The notes: a model not told the origin generated them from the sequence alone. Numbered from the whole stretch's first letter, positions 1-12,801 are shown. The stretch: DNA of 63,503 nucleotides, filler included, from Sphacelaria rigidula (GCA_964200075.2; 10 parts of 10 records of this genome joined end to end with filler, not necessarily neighbours in it), one strand, 5' to 3'. Made by a program: numbers and translations.

Positions 1-227
1 AAAATAAAAAAAAAAAAAAAAGTAGAAAAATAAAAAAAAACAACAAAAAAAAAAAAATCATGACAGTTTCCGAAAAGTTGCCCTCCGGGGGGGGGGGGGG
101 GGCTCCGTGTCCGAACATTTTCTCTCGACAGACCCATGGCGTATCTCCACTTTTTTAGGTAGAAATTGACCTAGCTACGACGGTGGCTTTTTCTTATTGC
201 TCACCGCAGAAGGATGGTGGATCGCTA

Positions 228-352
228 AAACAAAAGAAAAAAAGGGAAAAGTCCTGTGTTGGCCTTCCTCCTGTGTGACCCCGGCTGATGCACATATACC
301 TAAAGGTGTGGACTGACGTCCAGAATAGATGGGATGGCAACATACACACACA
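228..352 (+). mobile_element. 3' half of tRNA-derived SINE family A
   Basis: tcctgtgtgaccccggctgatgcacatatacc...gtccagaatagatgggatggcaacatacacacac matches the reverse complement of the 3' end of the copies at 30435-30781 and 32143-32485. Confidence 0.75.
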
Positions 353-1483
353 CAGTGTCGGGCAGCGGTGACGGTGCTTTTTCTGTGTTGCCGAGTTACT
401 GTACCATTTTCTGGGGTTGCAGCGTCATGAACGAATGCTCACACACGAAGGTACACGTCTGCTCACATAGTTCCAAAAATAGGGTACAAATACAAGACAA
501 AAACCTGCTCTCATCAGGCATTAGCTCCGTAAGCCCATTTAAAAAAAAACTAAGCCCCGTTTTTTTTTTATAGGCTTTCCCTCCTTGTTTCATACCCCAT
601 TTTAAGCCTTTTTCAGCGAAAAGATGCGTACTTTATGCGCCCCCTTCGCGTCCTTGTCGTGGCCTTGTGGCAGTATCCCCTCACGAGGCGCGCCTTCTAG
701 CATAAGGAGGAGGCGACAATTGGGGTATTCGAAGTTTTCGAAGAAATTTCATTGAAAAATTGGACTCTTCTTCGATCATTGAGTCTGAATGCCACCCCAA
801 ACCACCTATCCAAACAACGTGTCCGCACTACGTACACTCATGATACATGATGCAGCAGTAGGTCAGTGCAGCCTCTGTCTGGACACAGGGTATTGCAGCC
901 TTTGGCCTCTCGCCCGGCAAGCTTCAAGCTACAAGCTATTGCCCCCACCCCCCCATCATCTACCATCAGTCGACATTTGAAATCATGTCAAGCTTCCGGC
1001 TCCGATTGTAATTGAGCATAAACGCGGCTTCAACCCGGTCCCTCACGCCCTCCCCTGGCGGGAGTCCAAATGGGCCCCATGGCACAACTATTGTACAAAA
1101 TATTGATTACATTTTTCGGTTCAACATAGTGTCGAATATATGAAACACAAATAGAAACGTTTTTTGGATCAGACCCGCAACCAGGACAGTTTGGAGTTTT
1201 GAATATTGAAGCCTGTCTGGTGACGAGCAGCGAGTGACGAGTCACGTCATAGGCCGTAGGGAGCCCTGTCAAGCAGCTGATACACTGGCTGCAGGAGGCG
1301 CATGAAAAAATATCGCAGTTTTATGCGCGTTTCGAGCACATTATATGCTTTTCAAACATTTTAAGCTCTCTTTGAGCTTTTCGAGAAAAAACTTACTTAA
1401 GCCCGAGAACCCCCAAATTAAGCTAAACTTTAAGCGCGCTTACGGAGCTAATGCCTACTCTCGAGAGTACCCTAGTACTTTTT

Positions 1484-1486
<3 letters not shown>

Positions 1487-1520
<34 letters not shown>
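1487..1520. repeat. (CTG)n microsatellite
   Basis: Pure CTG run, about 11 units. Confidence 0.95.
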
Positions 1521-1521
<1 letters not shown>

Positions 1522-1918
1522 GGGTGCTGCCAGCTACACGGCAGCAGCACAACACGGCACACGGCAGCAGTTGCATCACGATGGTCGTATTTCGCGCATC
1601 ATTTTCCCTGTTTGTTTCTCTCTGTCTCGCTGCTGTGCCCTCGCGCTTAGTACAGCACAGTAGTTTTTCGTGCTGCTGCTGCTGCCGCTGCTCACAAGGC
1701 ACTGGTATGTATGAGGCGGAGGATACGCTTCAACAAGCCAATAAAGTCCTCCTTTTCACTCACTCTTTGTGCTGTTTTTCGGAAATCCCATGCTGTTCAG
1801 CCATGACCGCCTCTGCTCCTGAACCGTCGCCGAAGTTGTGCCTGCGGAAGCGAATCTACACCGAGCCATCGAGTGGCTTTTGGCAGACGCGCTCCAGCCA
1901 AACCTTGTTTCCCAAGGG

Positions 1919-1980
1919 CGTACTAATTTGTTGCTTGCCTTAGTCGTGTAACCATTGACCGCGCATCCCTTTCGAGACGT
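1919..1980 (-). mobile_element. 62-bp poly-C-targeted retro-insertion (short subfamily) with 14-bp TSD
   Basis: TTGTTTCCCAAGGG occurs at 1905-1918 and 1981-1994; the insert is homologous to 12733-12801, 25285-25344 and 37561-37619. Confidence 0.85.
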
Positions 1981-2264
1981 TTGTTTCCCAAGGGGGTTGG
2001 GGTTAGGGCTGGTTCCTTCGCCGGAGGCCGTGCTCGTCATGATCTCTTTCTCTGTCTTGTCCACGGTATGCAGGTCAGGTATCACCGCGTGTATAGAACC
2101 GACCGGGCACTCGCTACTCTATCAGGGAGGGTACGTGGGTTGTATGCCACCGGCGCTGCCGATTCGCGGGTTGGGTGCGCGAATCACATTGTGATGGTCA
2201 CCACGAACGCCTCCGGAGTCAATCCACGATGCACCCAGTAATAGTAGCGGGACGGACGAGGACA

Positions 2265-4340
2265 ACTTGCTAGTCGTATGATTGACTACCTGTCCCCGTC
2301 CCGGTGACTGAATACTGCATATCTAAGCTTGAGTTGCGCATTTTGTTGCAAGGTCTCTTACTCACGGGCAAGCGTGAAGTCCCCGGGTCGCCCACGGTAA
2401 CCTTTACGTCCGCCGCGATCCTTGCTGCGAGAAAGTTACCACGATGTGACACATTGTCTCACGTCGTGCAGTGTCGACCCCCTCCGCCACTGCTGCTGTA
2501 TTTCCTTTCAACATATAGACGTGAAATATGTGACGGTTCTGCCCCGCAGACACCCACTTGGCCATTTGCATCAAGGCCGACTGGAGTTTTGCCCCCTCCG
2601 CAAGGGGTCGCTCCCGACATGGATCTCTAGCCGATGTGTAACTTGAACGCGCGGCTCAAGCATACCGCCTTCGAAAAGTGTCGGCAACAAAGGCCAAGAG
2701 CCTGCAGTGTGCGGCACGGGACGAGTAGATGTGGCTGCCACCCTTCTCGGCGAGGACAATGTAGCGCATGGCGACACCACTACGGCTGGCTGAATGCTGA
2801 CAACCCTGAACCCTAGGATTTCGAACTTGCCCCGATGCCTCCTCCCGGGCGGCGCCATTCACCAGACAGTTGTCTTGGTCGCTGCAGAAAAGCAATGCGG
2901 CGTCCATCTCTTCCTCGATGAACATGAACGGCCATTTCCCAAGCCCGAAGTGCAGAGGCTTGACGAGCTCACCCCCAAGCAAAAACATGGAAGTTTGCGG
3001 TGCAGAAAATGCCGAAATGTGCTGCTGGGCGTTGCGAAGAGCGCCGCGATCGGCCTGTTGTTCAACAGCACCCTCCACAAAGCGGAAGGCGTAAACCAAG
3101 GAGATCCTAGCGTTACAAAACCGCCGAACCTGCGAGTTCATTCCTCCCGCGCCGAAGAAACAGTGCGATTTTTTTTCCAGGATCGACAGATGCGTCTGTC
3201 GCAACATGGGGAGGGTGCGATCAGTATCGCACATCAGCCCGTGATACTGTGGAAATTCCCTCGATATATAGAACTGAATATATCAACCACTTCCAGTCGC
3301 TAGAAGTTCAATACCGTGCAAATGTTGACGTCAACGGTGTATGGTTTTCAACTAGCCCATGGGCGCGCTCTACGAGCCACAACGGTCGGATCACGCTCGT
3401 GCAACAGTGTCTGGCAAGAGGCGTACGTGAAGCACGCGATATGCTCACCTCTCACTCTGTTCGTCATCCATGACGACACGCAGAAGCTCCGCGGGGAGAA
3501 TGCCACCGCCCAGCGGTCGCGGTAGTGGTATAGCAGCATCAAGTACTTCTCGGCCTTCGTGAAGGCCGTCTGTAGCTTGGTGAGATCCGCCTTGAACCCG
3601 GACGTGGTGAGTCGGACGCCCATCTTGTAGAACATGTCCTGCACGACCTGTTTCGATTTTGAGCATGAAGGGTTCGTGCGAAGAAACCTAGCCTTGCGGT
3701 TTCCGTAAAAATACACCGCGCAGAAGCGCATGATCGATACCTCGAACATTCCCGGCGGAACGATCAACTAGGATTATTCTTAGCAGCGCAAGCAAATGCT
3801 ATGGATCGTGCGTGGCGCAGAAAAACGTGATATTTTTTGCGAACTATGATATCTGTACCGAATTGTGTCGTCGTTTGAATGTTGAACGATTCGTCAAAAA
3901 TGGGTGTCACGATTGACTAATTAAAAACGGCGTTTCGTTGTTGAAAAGGTGATATTTGGCCAACTTCAAACTGTCACGAAGCGTAGTCTGTGCTCTCGTC
4001 GGGATTGACTCTTAAAAAGGGGGAAGAAGTGCTGAGGGTTCGAGAGCGAAAAATACCACATTTCGAAACACGGCAGCTACAATGCGGGATCGGACCACAA
4101 CCATTGCAAACACATAGCGAGCAGAAGTGACGGGAGCCATGAAAACAGACGCATGGAGCACGAGTATGTAAGCAGAAAAACACCGCTTCATCTGCTCCTG
4201 AAGGTCCACTGTCGCTTTGTCCGCCGTTTACCGGTGCTGCTCCAGTGCGTCGCCGTCAGTCCTGGGTGCTTGTTCACCGGACATCTGGGAGGCCATTGTG
4301 CGGATATCTGCGGGGACAACCGGTGGACGTACAGATTGTG
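2265..4340 (-). pseudogene. MULE/FAR1-type SWIM transposase relic, internally deleted
   Basis: Encodes RDRWAVAFSPRSFCVSSWMTNRV and a degenerate SWIM region (ALGLCCRHF); collinear with 45140-47175 and 48985-49135; frameshifts and stops. Confidence 0.85.
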
Positions 4341-6130
4341 TTGTACGTAAAACTCGCATTAAAATACTTAATCATCACCGTTTCTCTGGCGTTAGAATCG
4401 CCTTAGTTGGATGAGAGTCACTCAAGATCGACATTTAATCTTGATTGTCGTTGTTGTCTTCACATTGAAAACCGTTCCGACATCTGCGCAGTCCATTCTC
4501 ACTTCCGAACTGGGTATCTGATGCGGACGCCTTCCATGGTCACAAGGCTAACTGCCGAAAATAAGGTGTAAGGAGATTAAATAAATAGTAGAGTAGGGCC
4601 GAGGAAAATCAACACACACGCGATACAATGAAAGAAGAAATGACGATAACCTCAGAAGATACGATGCCGCAGGCGATCGTTGGGACTGATGAAGATAGAG
4701 TCCTGGCTCCCGCTCAACACGCGAAGCCGAGCAAAATAAAAAGACAAAATCATGAAGGACAATTTCTTCAGTATGTCGAAGTTGAGTGTACGCACACTCT
4801 AATCTAGATGTCCAGCGGTTTTCTGGAAAATTGGAGTCTCTGAGGATTTACCGTAAAAAAACCCACGACACGACACATAACCGACATCAATGCTTGCAAT
4901 TCAACGACAGACGAGGAAATCCTGCTGAGCGAGTTCCTAGCAACAGCTATACTATTATATCCTCATTTTCAGGCGCAGGGCTTCTGTAAAATTTGACTCT
5001 TCTCCTATCCTTCATAAAAGAATCGTAGGGGGCGTTCTCTCTCTCATCGTGTTCAGCCTGCCCGTTCCGCATGCCATGCACGCACTTCGATGCGATCATG
5101 ACGAGGCGGCCTCCCTCTCATTTCTCCTTTTTTCGAAGTATCACGTGATTTCGATGTCCTCCCGACTTTTTTCCTTCCTTAGGAATGCTCTTCAACACAA
5201 CACTCAAACGCCTCGGCGCATTACGAGGACTGCGGACGCTAGATGCAAAGAGCGGTGGCTATGCAGCATAATATACGGTGCCAAAGTTGGCAAGTGTATG
5301 CGATGCACCCCTGCTGCTGTATGCGCAGTACAGACGATCTGCACGGTCTGTACTGCCACTTCGTGGACTCTTCTTTCTAGATCCTTCTGTATGCAGACGG
5401 TACAAACTGTATGTTGTCTGTACTGCACGTTGTTCGATGTTTTTTCAACATCCTTCGGTGTGCCGATAGTACGGACAGTCTGTAATGTCTGTACTGTAGT
5501 GTACCTTGTTAAAAACAAAAAACAAGAACTTTGTTTAGTGCATTACATGGTTTGACATATCCCGCGGGACTGTCAAGCGAAATATTGTACCGAAACGAGG
5601 CCCGGTACTCGACGGGTTAATCAAGCTCCTGATTGGTCAATTTTGAAATTGGAGTGCTAATGCTCGCGTGTATCCAGAGTCCGCGCAGAGGAAAATCCTA
5701 CATTTATGAGACAACGACACCTCGCATAACAACACGAAATCCTTTCAGGGTTACCCACGATCTCCGAATTCTCCGCCGCTTACAGTCTCTGTACTGATCG
5801 TTCTTGGGCCAAATCCATGAAGACCGGCCTCTCTCACATCAACAATGATGCTCCCCCCTCCCGTCTCCGCCCGCCTCATCCACAGTGATAACTACCACTC
5901 CCTGCGTCGTCACGATCGTCGACTCTGCTATGATTTCATGTAGTGTCGAACAAATAGCTCATCGCCACCTACGTGTGTGATCTCCTGCCCTACCGCGATA
6001 TCTGTTGCTGCCCTGCTGTGGAGTGCGACTGTTGCTTCGTTCTGGAGGCGTCCGTGACCGTAACAACGTTATTTGCACACCCGACCTGCAAATAGGCAAC
6101 GCTTATGCTACCCCACCCCCCTCCCCTGAT

Positions 6131-6261
6131 TCTGGTCCGGCGAGAACCCGGCATGCTCCGTCCCGGCTTCGGAGGAGCGGACCCCCGATGGGGTTGGCGT
6201 CGGTTGGCGATGAGGCTATAAAAACACGCCACTCACTGCGTAAACTAGGCAACCAGGTTAC
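6131..6261 (+). mobile_element. 5' end of poly-C-targeted non-coding element (long subfamily): terminal redundancy followed by body
   Basis: ctggtccggcgagaacccggcatgctccgtcccggcttcg, which is the 3' module of other copies, runs directly into the body; cacgccactcactgcgt...ggcaaccag overlaps 13252-13288. Preceded by a C-rich tract. Confidence 0.75.
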
Positions 6262-6361
6262 NNNNNNNNNNNNNNNNNNNNNNNNNNNNNNNNNNNNNNN
6301 NNNNNTTAATTAATTAANNNNNNNNNNNNNNNNNNNNNNNNNNNNNNNNNNNNNNNNNNNN
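6262..6361. other. Artificial contig linker
   Basis: 44 N + TTAATTAATTAA (stops in all six frames) + 44 N. Confidence 0.99.
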
Positions 6362-6485
6362 AATGGAACCATATTTCGAAGATTTAGTGTGGATACGAAG
6401 ATTTTAATCCTTCGGGTTCTCATCCTCAATGAAAAGCACCATCTTCAACATAGATGATTGGCTGTTATGTCTGGAAAAAAAAAAA

Positions 6486-6765
6486 AACGCGTATAAGATC
6501 AAACCAAGTTGAATAATACGCGCTAAGATGACTCGCCGTCCCCAGAATTCGAAAAAATAAATGAATCAAGGCGAGCTGCAGTAATTTCTCGTGTCAGGCC
6601 TACACGACTAAAATAATATTCAGACATGAACGCGTATCAAATCAGTTCAAGTTAAAATAATACGCGCTAACTTGACTCGCCGTGTCATAAATCCGGAGAA
6701 AAGAGACGAAATTATGAGGCGAGCTGGAAAAAATACTTGTGTCATACCTACACGACTAACAAAAA
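6486..6765. repeat. Degenerate tandem duplication, about 140-bp unit, 2 copies
   Basis: aacgcgtat...aataatacgcgctaa...tgactcgccgt...aggcgagctg...cctacacgactaa occurs twice. Confidence 0.8.
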
Positions 6766-8539
6766 TATCGGGACAGATCTCACGATCGAAAACAGATCGA
6801 CGGTGAAAAGAGACTTGGTCGTTGAATCAAGCTCGTATCAGCATAATAAGGGGAACTTGCTGACAAGGATTGTTGTAAAAGCTCTTTCTACTCCGAGCAA
6901 AATGCTCCGAGAAAAGAAAAGCACATTTTTACCACCGCTGTACCCGATATCAACATCTCCCTGGTTACCTAATATATCACGCGGCCACCATAGTTCCACT
7001 CCTCTGCAAGTCATGAGCGGACCTTATTGATACAGACCGTCGGATACGGTAATCTGTGTAGATCGTTCAGCTGATCACTGAACGAAGCTTGTACGAATTT
7101 TTGATGAAAACAAATTATTTTCCATTTTTTTTCTTTACACGAGCCTGTAGGAGAACGTCGATCAAATTTGTTGGTTAGTGTTTCTCAACACCCAGTGTAG
7201 AGGATATGACGCGTTCAGCTCCGGGCTACTATAGAAGTATCTCAGAAGCACATACAAATTAGACTCCCAAAAATCATCTTCTTCCGACTGCCCGCCACGA
7301 GCCTTCACAGATGGCCTCGCGGCGCATCAAAGGGGGAGGTGATGTGGAGATCGCCATTTGGACATGTGCGGAGAGATTTCCTTTAATGACGTGTAACCTA
7401 GTGAACGGCTGCTTGTTACAGGGGTAAGTTCGCAGAAGCCCCGAAACTTCCATATCTGTACAGCCGGATCTGGGACCCCAAGGTAACAGGGATCTTCCCA
7501 GCGAACTGCTGACAATCCCTGGGGATCACTCTTGACCAAGACTCTCAGACTTCGTCATCGGGCTAACTCGCTCGAGCTCGTCGAGCTTTCCCGAGTGATC
7601 CACTTTGCCTCAACCCCACGACTCACGGTCAGCCCTTGACTACATAACCCGAGGGAAAACATCGGCCACCTTCGACGGCTCCTACCGTCACCGGGAGTCA
7701 CACGACTTCCACATTGGCGAACACCAGTTTAGAAGTCACGTGTGCGGGGCACGCTAGATATTTTTAGCTAAGGCAGAAACAGCGACACCTACTACGCCGG
7801 TCGAGGCGCTCGTAAGCACAAACAATAAAATGTTGCTTGGACGCCAGGGACGCCAGGGCTGTGCAAGGAGTGCAATAGCAGGTGGCGTTACATTATGGGT
7901 TGACGGCTCTTCAACCTGCCACCAGAGTAAAGAGCAAGGCTGTAGGCAAGGGTCGTTGATTTCAAACTCGGACCTACTCATATTCACTTCAAAAAATCAT
8001 CCGGTCACATCCACGCGGATACTTAATCTGGATCTTCAAATAAAAAATTACGGTTCGCCACCGGAAATTGTGGACAATTCACCGACGAACGAATGTTGAA
8101 TTCAACTGTTCGACTTCGTAACACGGTAGGAAGTTCACCCTACTGACTCGAATACATACTCAAGCGCTAAAAACAGCGTCGGTCTCCATCCCTGAACCAT
8201 CGACAGTTGAGCTTGGACCCAAACAGTACCTGAGACACACGCTGTCAGCAAATGGTATCGAAGCAGGAGATGGCCAAACCGACGTACATCGCAAGCAGTT
8301 ACTTTCAGTGATGGGCACGATGACATTTGTGAGGGAACTTATACCGAACCTCATAGAAGTGACTTCGCAGCGCCAAACGTTTGAACCCTGAACATGACGT
8401 AGCCTTGCAGAACATAACGGTTTATGACGAGCACACTGGTTGTCAATTTCCCAGAATTTTCAAAGCCATCCAACCAGAGGCGTCAACGGGAGAGGCCGGC
8501 TCGAATTCGATCTAATATAATGCGACGAGGTGTGCTCAT

Positions 8540-8702
8540 GATATATATCAGCCAACGTTTGAACCACGCTCAGCGGCAGTACTCTGTGAGACCCAGGGAA
8601 TGTTATGTGGGTGTAAAAAAAAACGAAAAAAACGATACCTCAAGGCGCCCCGTTTTATGGGGGTCGACATTCTATACCTGGGTGACGGATCATGCCACAC
8701 TG
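8540..8702 (+). pseudogene. Isolated Ty3/Gypsy RNase H fragment
   Basis: YISQRLNHAQRQYSVRPRECY...RPVLWG...VTDHATL aligns with YFGQRFNHAQRHYSATLKEYY...RPFLWG...VTDHAAL at about 11142-11285. Confidence 0.8.
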
Positions 8703-11700
8703 AATTTCTGTCGAGTATGTGAAGCGAGAAGAGCAACTACCATAGAATTTATCAAAGATGGAGGTTCTAAGGTAGCACGCGTTACGCAGAAGTACGGAAC
8801 ATCGAGGGAAAAAACTGTGCACCAAGAAATGGGTGCCGATCCTCTGGTGGGAAATAACAAGGGCAAGGTACGTGTGCAGTTTGCTAGCCAAGGCATAGCT
8901 TCTTCTGTGAGGTCATGTAAGAGAGTACATGTGGAAGGGGTTGCGGTTGCAAAGGCTAGAACACAAGAGCAAGTGGGGAATACAACAGGTCAAGATAAGA
9001 TGTTATGTGGGAGGCATAGCCACCTGGAAGTTGCCCCCCAAGCTGCTTTTGTAAGCAAGAAGTCTCTAAAAAACTAATAAAAAGCACGGATCTAAATTTT
9101 TGCCCCCAAGCTCGACAAAATTCGAGTCTTTTTTCATGTCTTCGTTGGCCCGTTATCCTAGGAAGCCGGCAACGTGCAACCTGCATCAGGGAAGGTGCAG
9201 GTTCCCGCCAGAGTCAACGGAACGAAGGTCCCGGCCATAACCGTTGATACTGCTTCAGACGTCCCGATCATTGGTAGTTTGAAGTTCATCCGTTCACATC
9301 CCACATTGAGCGAGGAGCACATTTAATCAGTCCCATCGCGTTCTTTTGATCTACGAAGCGCTGACGGTTCACCAGTCACGATAATTATTCGCATTGACCT
9401 CACGCTGGGTGACATAACCTTGCCCGTCGAAGCATTTGTCCTCAGGAATCTCGGGCCAGGTTTCATGCTGATAGAGTCTCAGTAATGAGCGCATTTGGCG
9501 GGATTCTCGATTGGTGAGCAAAACTTTGACGTTTCGTAGTTCAACAGTTCACCTCACGGCTACTCACAGAAGAAAAGACAGAAAAGTTCATCCGACGTGT
9601 TCGGAACATGATTATTGTTCTGTCATACGAGTAGCATCGGCTGAAAATGTACCAGTGTACCTCTGAAAAAGGTGCTCCATCCCGCCTCGAAGTGAGATGG
9701 CTCTTCTTGTCAAAACAAATGAGCCGCCAAAATTTACAACTAAAGCGGTCATTGAGCCACAAATTGTAACGGATGAAGACCTCCAATCCAAGAAAGTACC
9801 GGATGCTTTTAACCGCCTCGTGGTAGCACGCACAACCTGCACCTGGTCAGCGGCCAACAAAACAGCTATGGTACAAGTAGCAAACCCGTCGAATTGACAC
9901 GTCCAACTCCCAAGAACTTTACTTTTGGGACACATCACACAAGTCGAAAAAAATGACCCGACGGAAAACGCCGGTGAAATTTCACAAGTTGAAACAAATA
10001 AGCCGACGGAAAACGTCAGTGCAATTTCACAAGTTGAACACCAAAATACTGACGCACGAGAAGAACTGACAACAGCGCTCGAAAATGCATTCAAAGATGC
10101 CACATTTTCTGAAAGTCAGAAGAGCCAAGTGCTCGATATATGCATCAAATACAGGTCAGTCTTCTCACGGTCACAACGGGAGCTAGGGTTTTGTACAATC
10201 AGAGAGGCAACTTTCCCCCTACTTCTCGGCACGAAACCCGTATAGGGCCAATCCCATGGGGCTCTGCAGTGACAGTAGTAGCTAAACATACATGACGGTA
10301 CAGCCCGATTTTGTGTCGACTACAGATCCACGCTCAATAAAAGTATTCTGCGAGAATCATGGCCAACGCCTACTTTGGAAAGTCATGTAGATACGGTGGC
10401 AGGCGCCAAGTTTACCTCTGTCTTTGATGTACGAGCGCGTTTCATCAGATCCCAGTAGTGGAGGGGAAGAAAGAAAAAACGACCTTTGTCACAGAGAAAG
10501 GTAAGTGGGTTTTCAACAGGCTGCCGTTCGGCCTGGCATCTTCCCCGTTCATTTTCTCGCGAATAATGGCTCTTACTTTCTCACACTTTGGACCCAGGAG
10601 CGGTCTGTTGGTGTACATGGATGATTTGATCGCCTACTCCTCCACATGGGAAAGTCACCTCACTCTACTGGAAGACATGTTCAAAGCACTGAAAAAAGCA
10701 GGTCTTACCCTAAAGCCCTCTAAAGCACAGTTTGGTCCTAAGGAGGTCAAGTACCTCGGCTACACTTTGTCCGCTGACGGGATCAAGATTGGGGAAGACC
10801 TCGTAAAGGCCATCTTAGATTTGCCCACACCAACGAACATCAAACAATTGCGTTCAGTGTTAGGGACGATTAATTTTGTGAGAAAATGTATTCCGAATCT
10901 CGCACGGGTAATCGCCCCGTTGGTAGATCTAACGAAAAAAGAGGCAGCCAAGGAAGTAGCAAAGCGCTGGAATCACGAACACGATGCAGCTTTTGCCGAA
11001 GTAAAAAGGCTTCTCACCACCGCTCCTGTCCTTCACTTCCCAGACTTTTCAAAGGAGTTCACCATTCAAGTTGACGCGTCTGGAGAGGGTGCTGGGTCGG
11101 TGCTCACCCAAGATAAAGGGGGCAAAACTGCAATCGTAGCGTATTTCGGTCAGCGTTTCAATCATGCTCAGCGGCACTACTCTGCTACACTCAAAGAATA
11201 TTACGCAGTTGTATTAACTATACAACACTGGAGGCCCTTTCTTTGGGGAAAACATTTCACATGTGTGACAGATCATGCAGCACTACGGTACCTCTATTCC
11301 ATGAAAGACACAAGCAATGTGCTGACAAGATGGGCGATAGCTTTACAGTCATTTGACTTTACTGTGAAGCACAAACCGCGAAAATTAACTATAGTTCCGG
11401 ACACTCTGTCAAGCCTCTTTCGGTTTGAAGAAGACCAGAATAATAAGGTCAAACCCCTGCTCGCGCTAATTTGTCGGAACGTCCCAGAGGATCCCAAATT
11501 GCACGCGAAGAAACCGCACCAATCATTTCAAATTTCAGCGGATAAATTGGATAATCTCAAACCAGTACAGAGTGACAGAGAGCTGTTTACCGTCAAGGCT
11601 ACCCACACAAGCGCTACACATATTTTCACGTCTGTAAACAAAGACAAGTTGCGAACCGAACAGGCAAAAGAATATGGCTATTATATTCAATATCTGACAG

Positions 11701-12480
11701 ACGACGACGCACCGTTACCGGAAAAGGAGACACTAACTTCTATGTCCTACTTTTTGCTCCGTGATATTATTTTGTTCAGGTCGTACTTGCCAGGGAACCT
11801 TCGAAAAAAAGGCACCGACCGCGATAGACTAGTGCTACTAGAAGCTCTGGTTAATTTCGTTCTGCACTCTTATCACGATCATGTGTTGTCTGGAGGTCAC
11901 CTTGGATTCAAACCGACGTATGAAAAGATTAAGAACAAATGTTATTGGCCGACATTGAGCCAAGATGTGCGAAAGTGGTGTCAACGTTGCCACTCATGTC
12001 AGAGAAGAAAGACGGCCCATAACCGTCCGCAATTGCCTGTAGGTCACGTACCTGTGAAGAGACCTTTTGAGCGGATATCGATAGATCTTGTCGAATACAA
12101 GACGATTTCAAATTCGTCAGCCGATGTGCCGTGTAAGTACGTAATGTCTGTGATGGATCATCTGACACGGTATGCACTGTTTATTCCCATACCGAACAAA
12201 TCCGCCAATACGGTGGCAAGAATGTTGGTCGACCGTGTCTTCACGACATTTGCAATCCCCGAAAAACTTCATTCCGATCGCGGTAAAGAGTTCGAAAACC
12301 GGGCAATACACCAGTTGCAGTTGATCCTCAAGTTTGACAAAACACGCATGACACCATTCCGCCCTCAAGGCAACTCTGTTTCGGAACACGTACACTCGAA
12401 TTTGCACGCTTAGCCATGCATAGTACGGTCGAACAAGACAACTGGGCGTCTATGCTACACTTCGCGCAAATAATAGGGGT
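8703..12480 (+). mobile_element. Ty3/Gypsy LTR retrotransposon internal region (gag remnant, protease, RT, RNase H, integrase), degenerate
   Basis: Protease motif AITVDTASDV at about 9235-9265; domain order PR-RT-RH-INT; stops and frameshifts between 9325 and 10440 and after 12413. Confidence 0.93.
10458..12413 (+). pseudogene. pol: Longest open segment of Gypsy pol (RT C-terminal part, RNase H, integrase), 651 aa
   Basis: RLPFGL, YMDD, VDASGEGAG, TDHAAL, integrase HHCC (HDHVLSGGHLG...CHSC), IDL, HSDRGKEF, GNSVSE. Confidence 0.95.
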
Positions 12481-12585
12481 TTCTATTAAATGAGGTTGAT
12501 CAATGAAATGAGGTTTGAGGAGGCTAGCCAGTATGCGACAAACATCCGAGGGAAGTACCGTCCGCAAGTGCCTTCGATCGATACC

Positions 12586-12622
12586 GGGGGGGTGTACTCA
12601 TGATCATGCATGCCATAGCCAT
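12586..12622 (-). mobile_element. 3' tail of poly-C-targeted element, cut by contig end
   Basis: Reverse complement atggctatggcatgcatgatcatgagtacaccccccc matches the family tail. Confidence 0.65.
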
Positions 12623-12722
12623 NNNNNNNNNNNNNNNNNNNNNNNNNNNNNNNNNNNNNNNNNNNNTTAATTAATTAANNNNNNNNNNNNNNNNNNNNNN
12701 NNNNNNNNNNNNNNNNNNNNNN
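12623..12722. other. Artificial contig linker
   Basis: 44 N + TTAATTAATTAA + 44 N. Confidence 0.99.
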
Positions 12723-12732
12723 CCCACCTTGT

Positions 12733-12801
12733 GCTCCGTCTCGAAAGGGATGCGTGGTCAATGGTCAAACAAGTAAGGCAAGCAACAGATGAGAACGCCC
12801 C
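12733..12801 (+). mobile_element. Short poly-C-targeted retro-insertion with TSD of at least 10 bp
   Basis: CCCACCTTGT at 12723-12732 (contig start) and 12802-12811 flank gctccgtctcgaaagggatgcgtggtcaatggtcaaac...gcaagcaacagatgagaacg. Confidence 0.85.

Noticed and set aside
1345..1943. Poly-Cys, poly-Ala and poly-Leu ORFs (also 41222-41698 and 53269-53790)
   Set aside because: They are stop-free microsatellite translations with no domain or splice support.
2794..3303. Plus-strand ORF of 169 aa
   Set aside because: Antisense shadow of the MULE relic.
5600..5620. piggyBac-like end (GGG-TTAA)
   Set aside because: No convincing matching TIR found elsewhere in contig 1.
6306..6317. Recurrent TTAATTAATTAA as a biological site
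   Set aside because: Always centred in N-runs; a synthetic six-frame stop linker.
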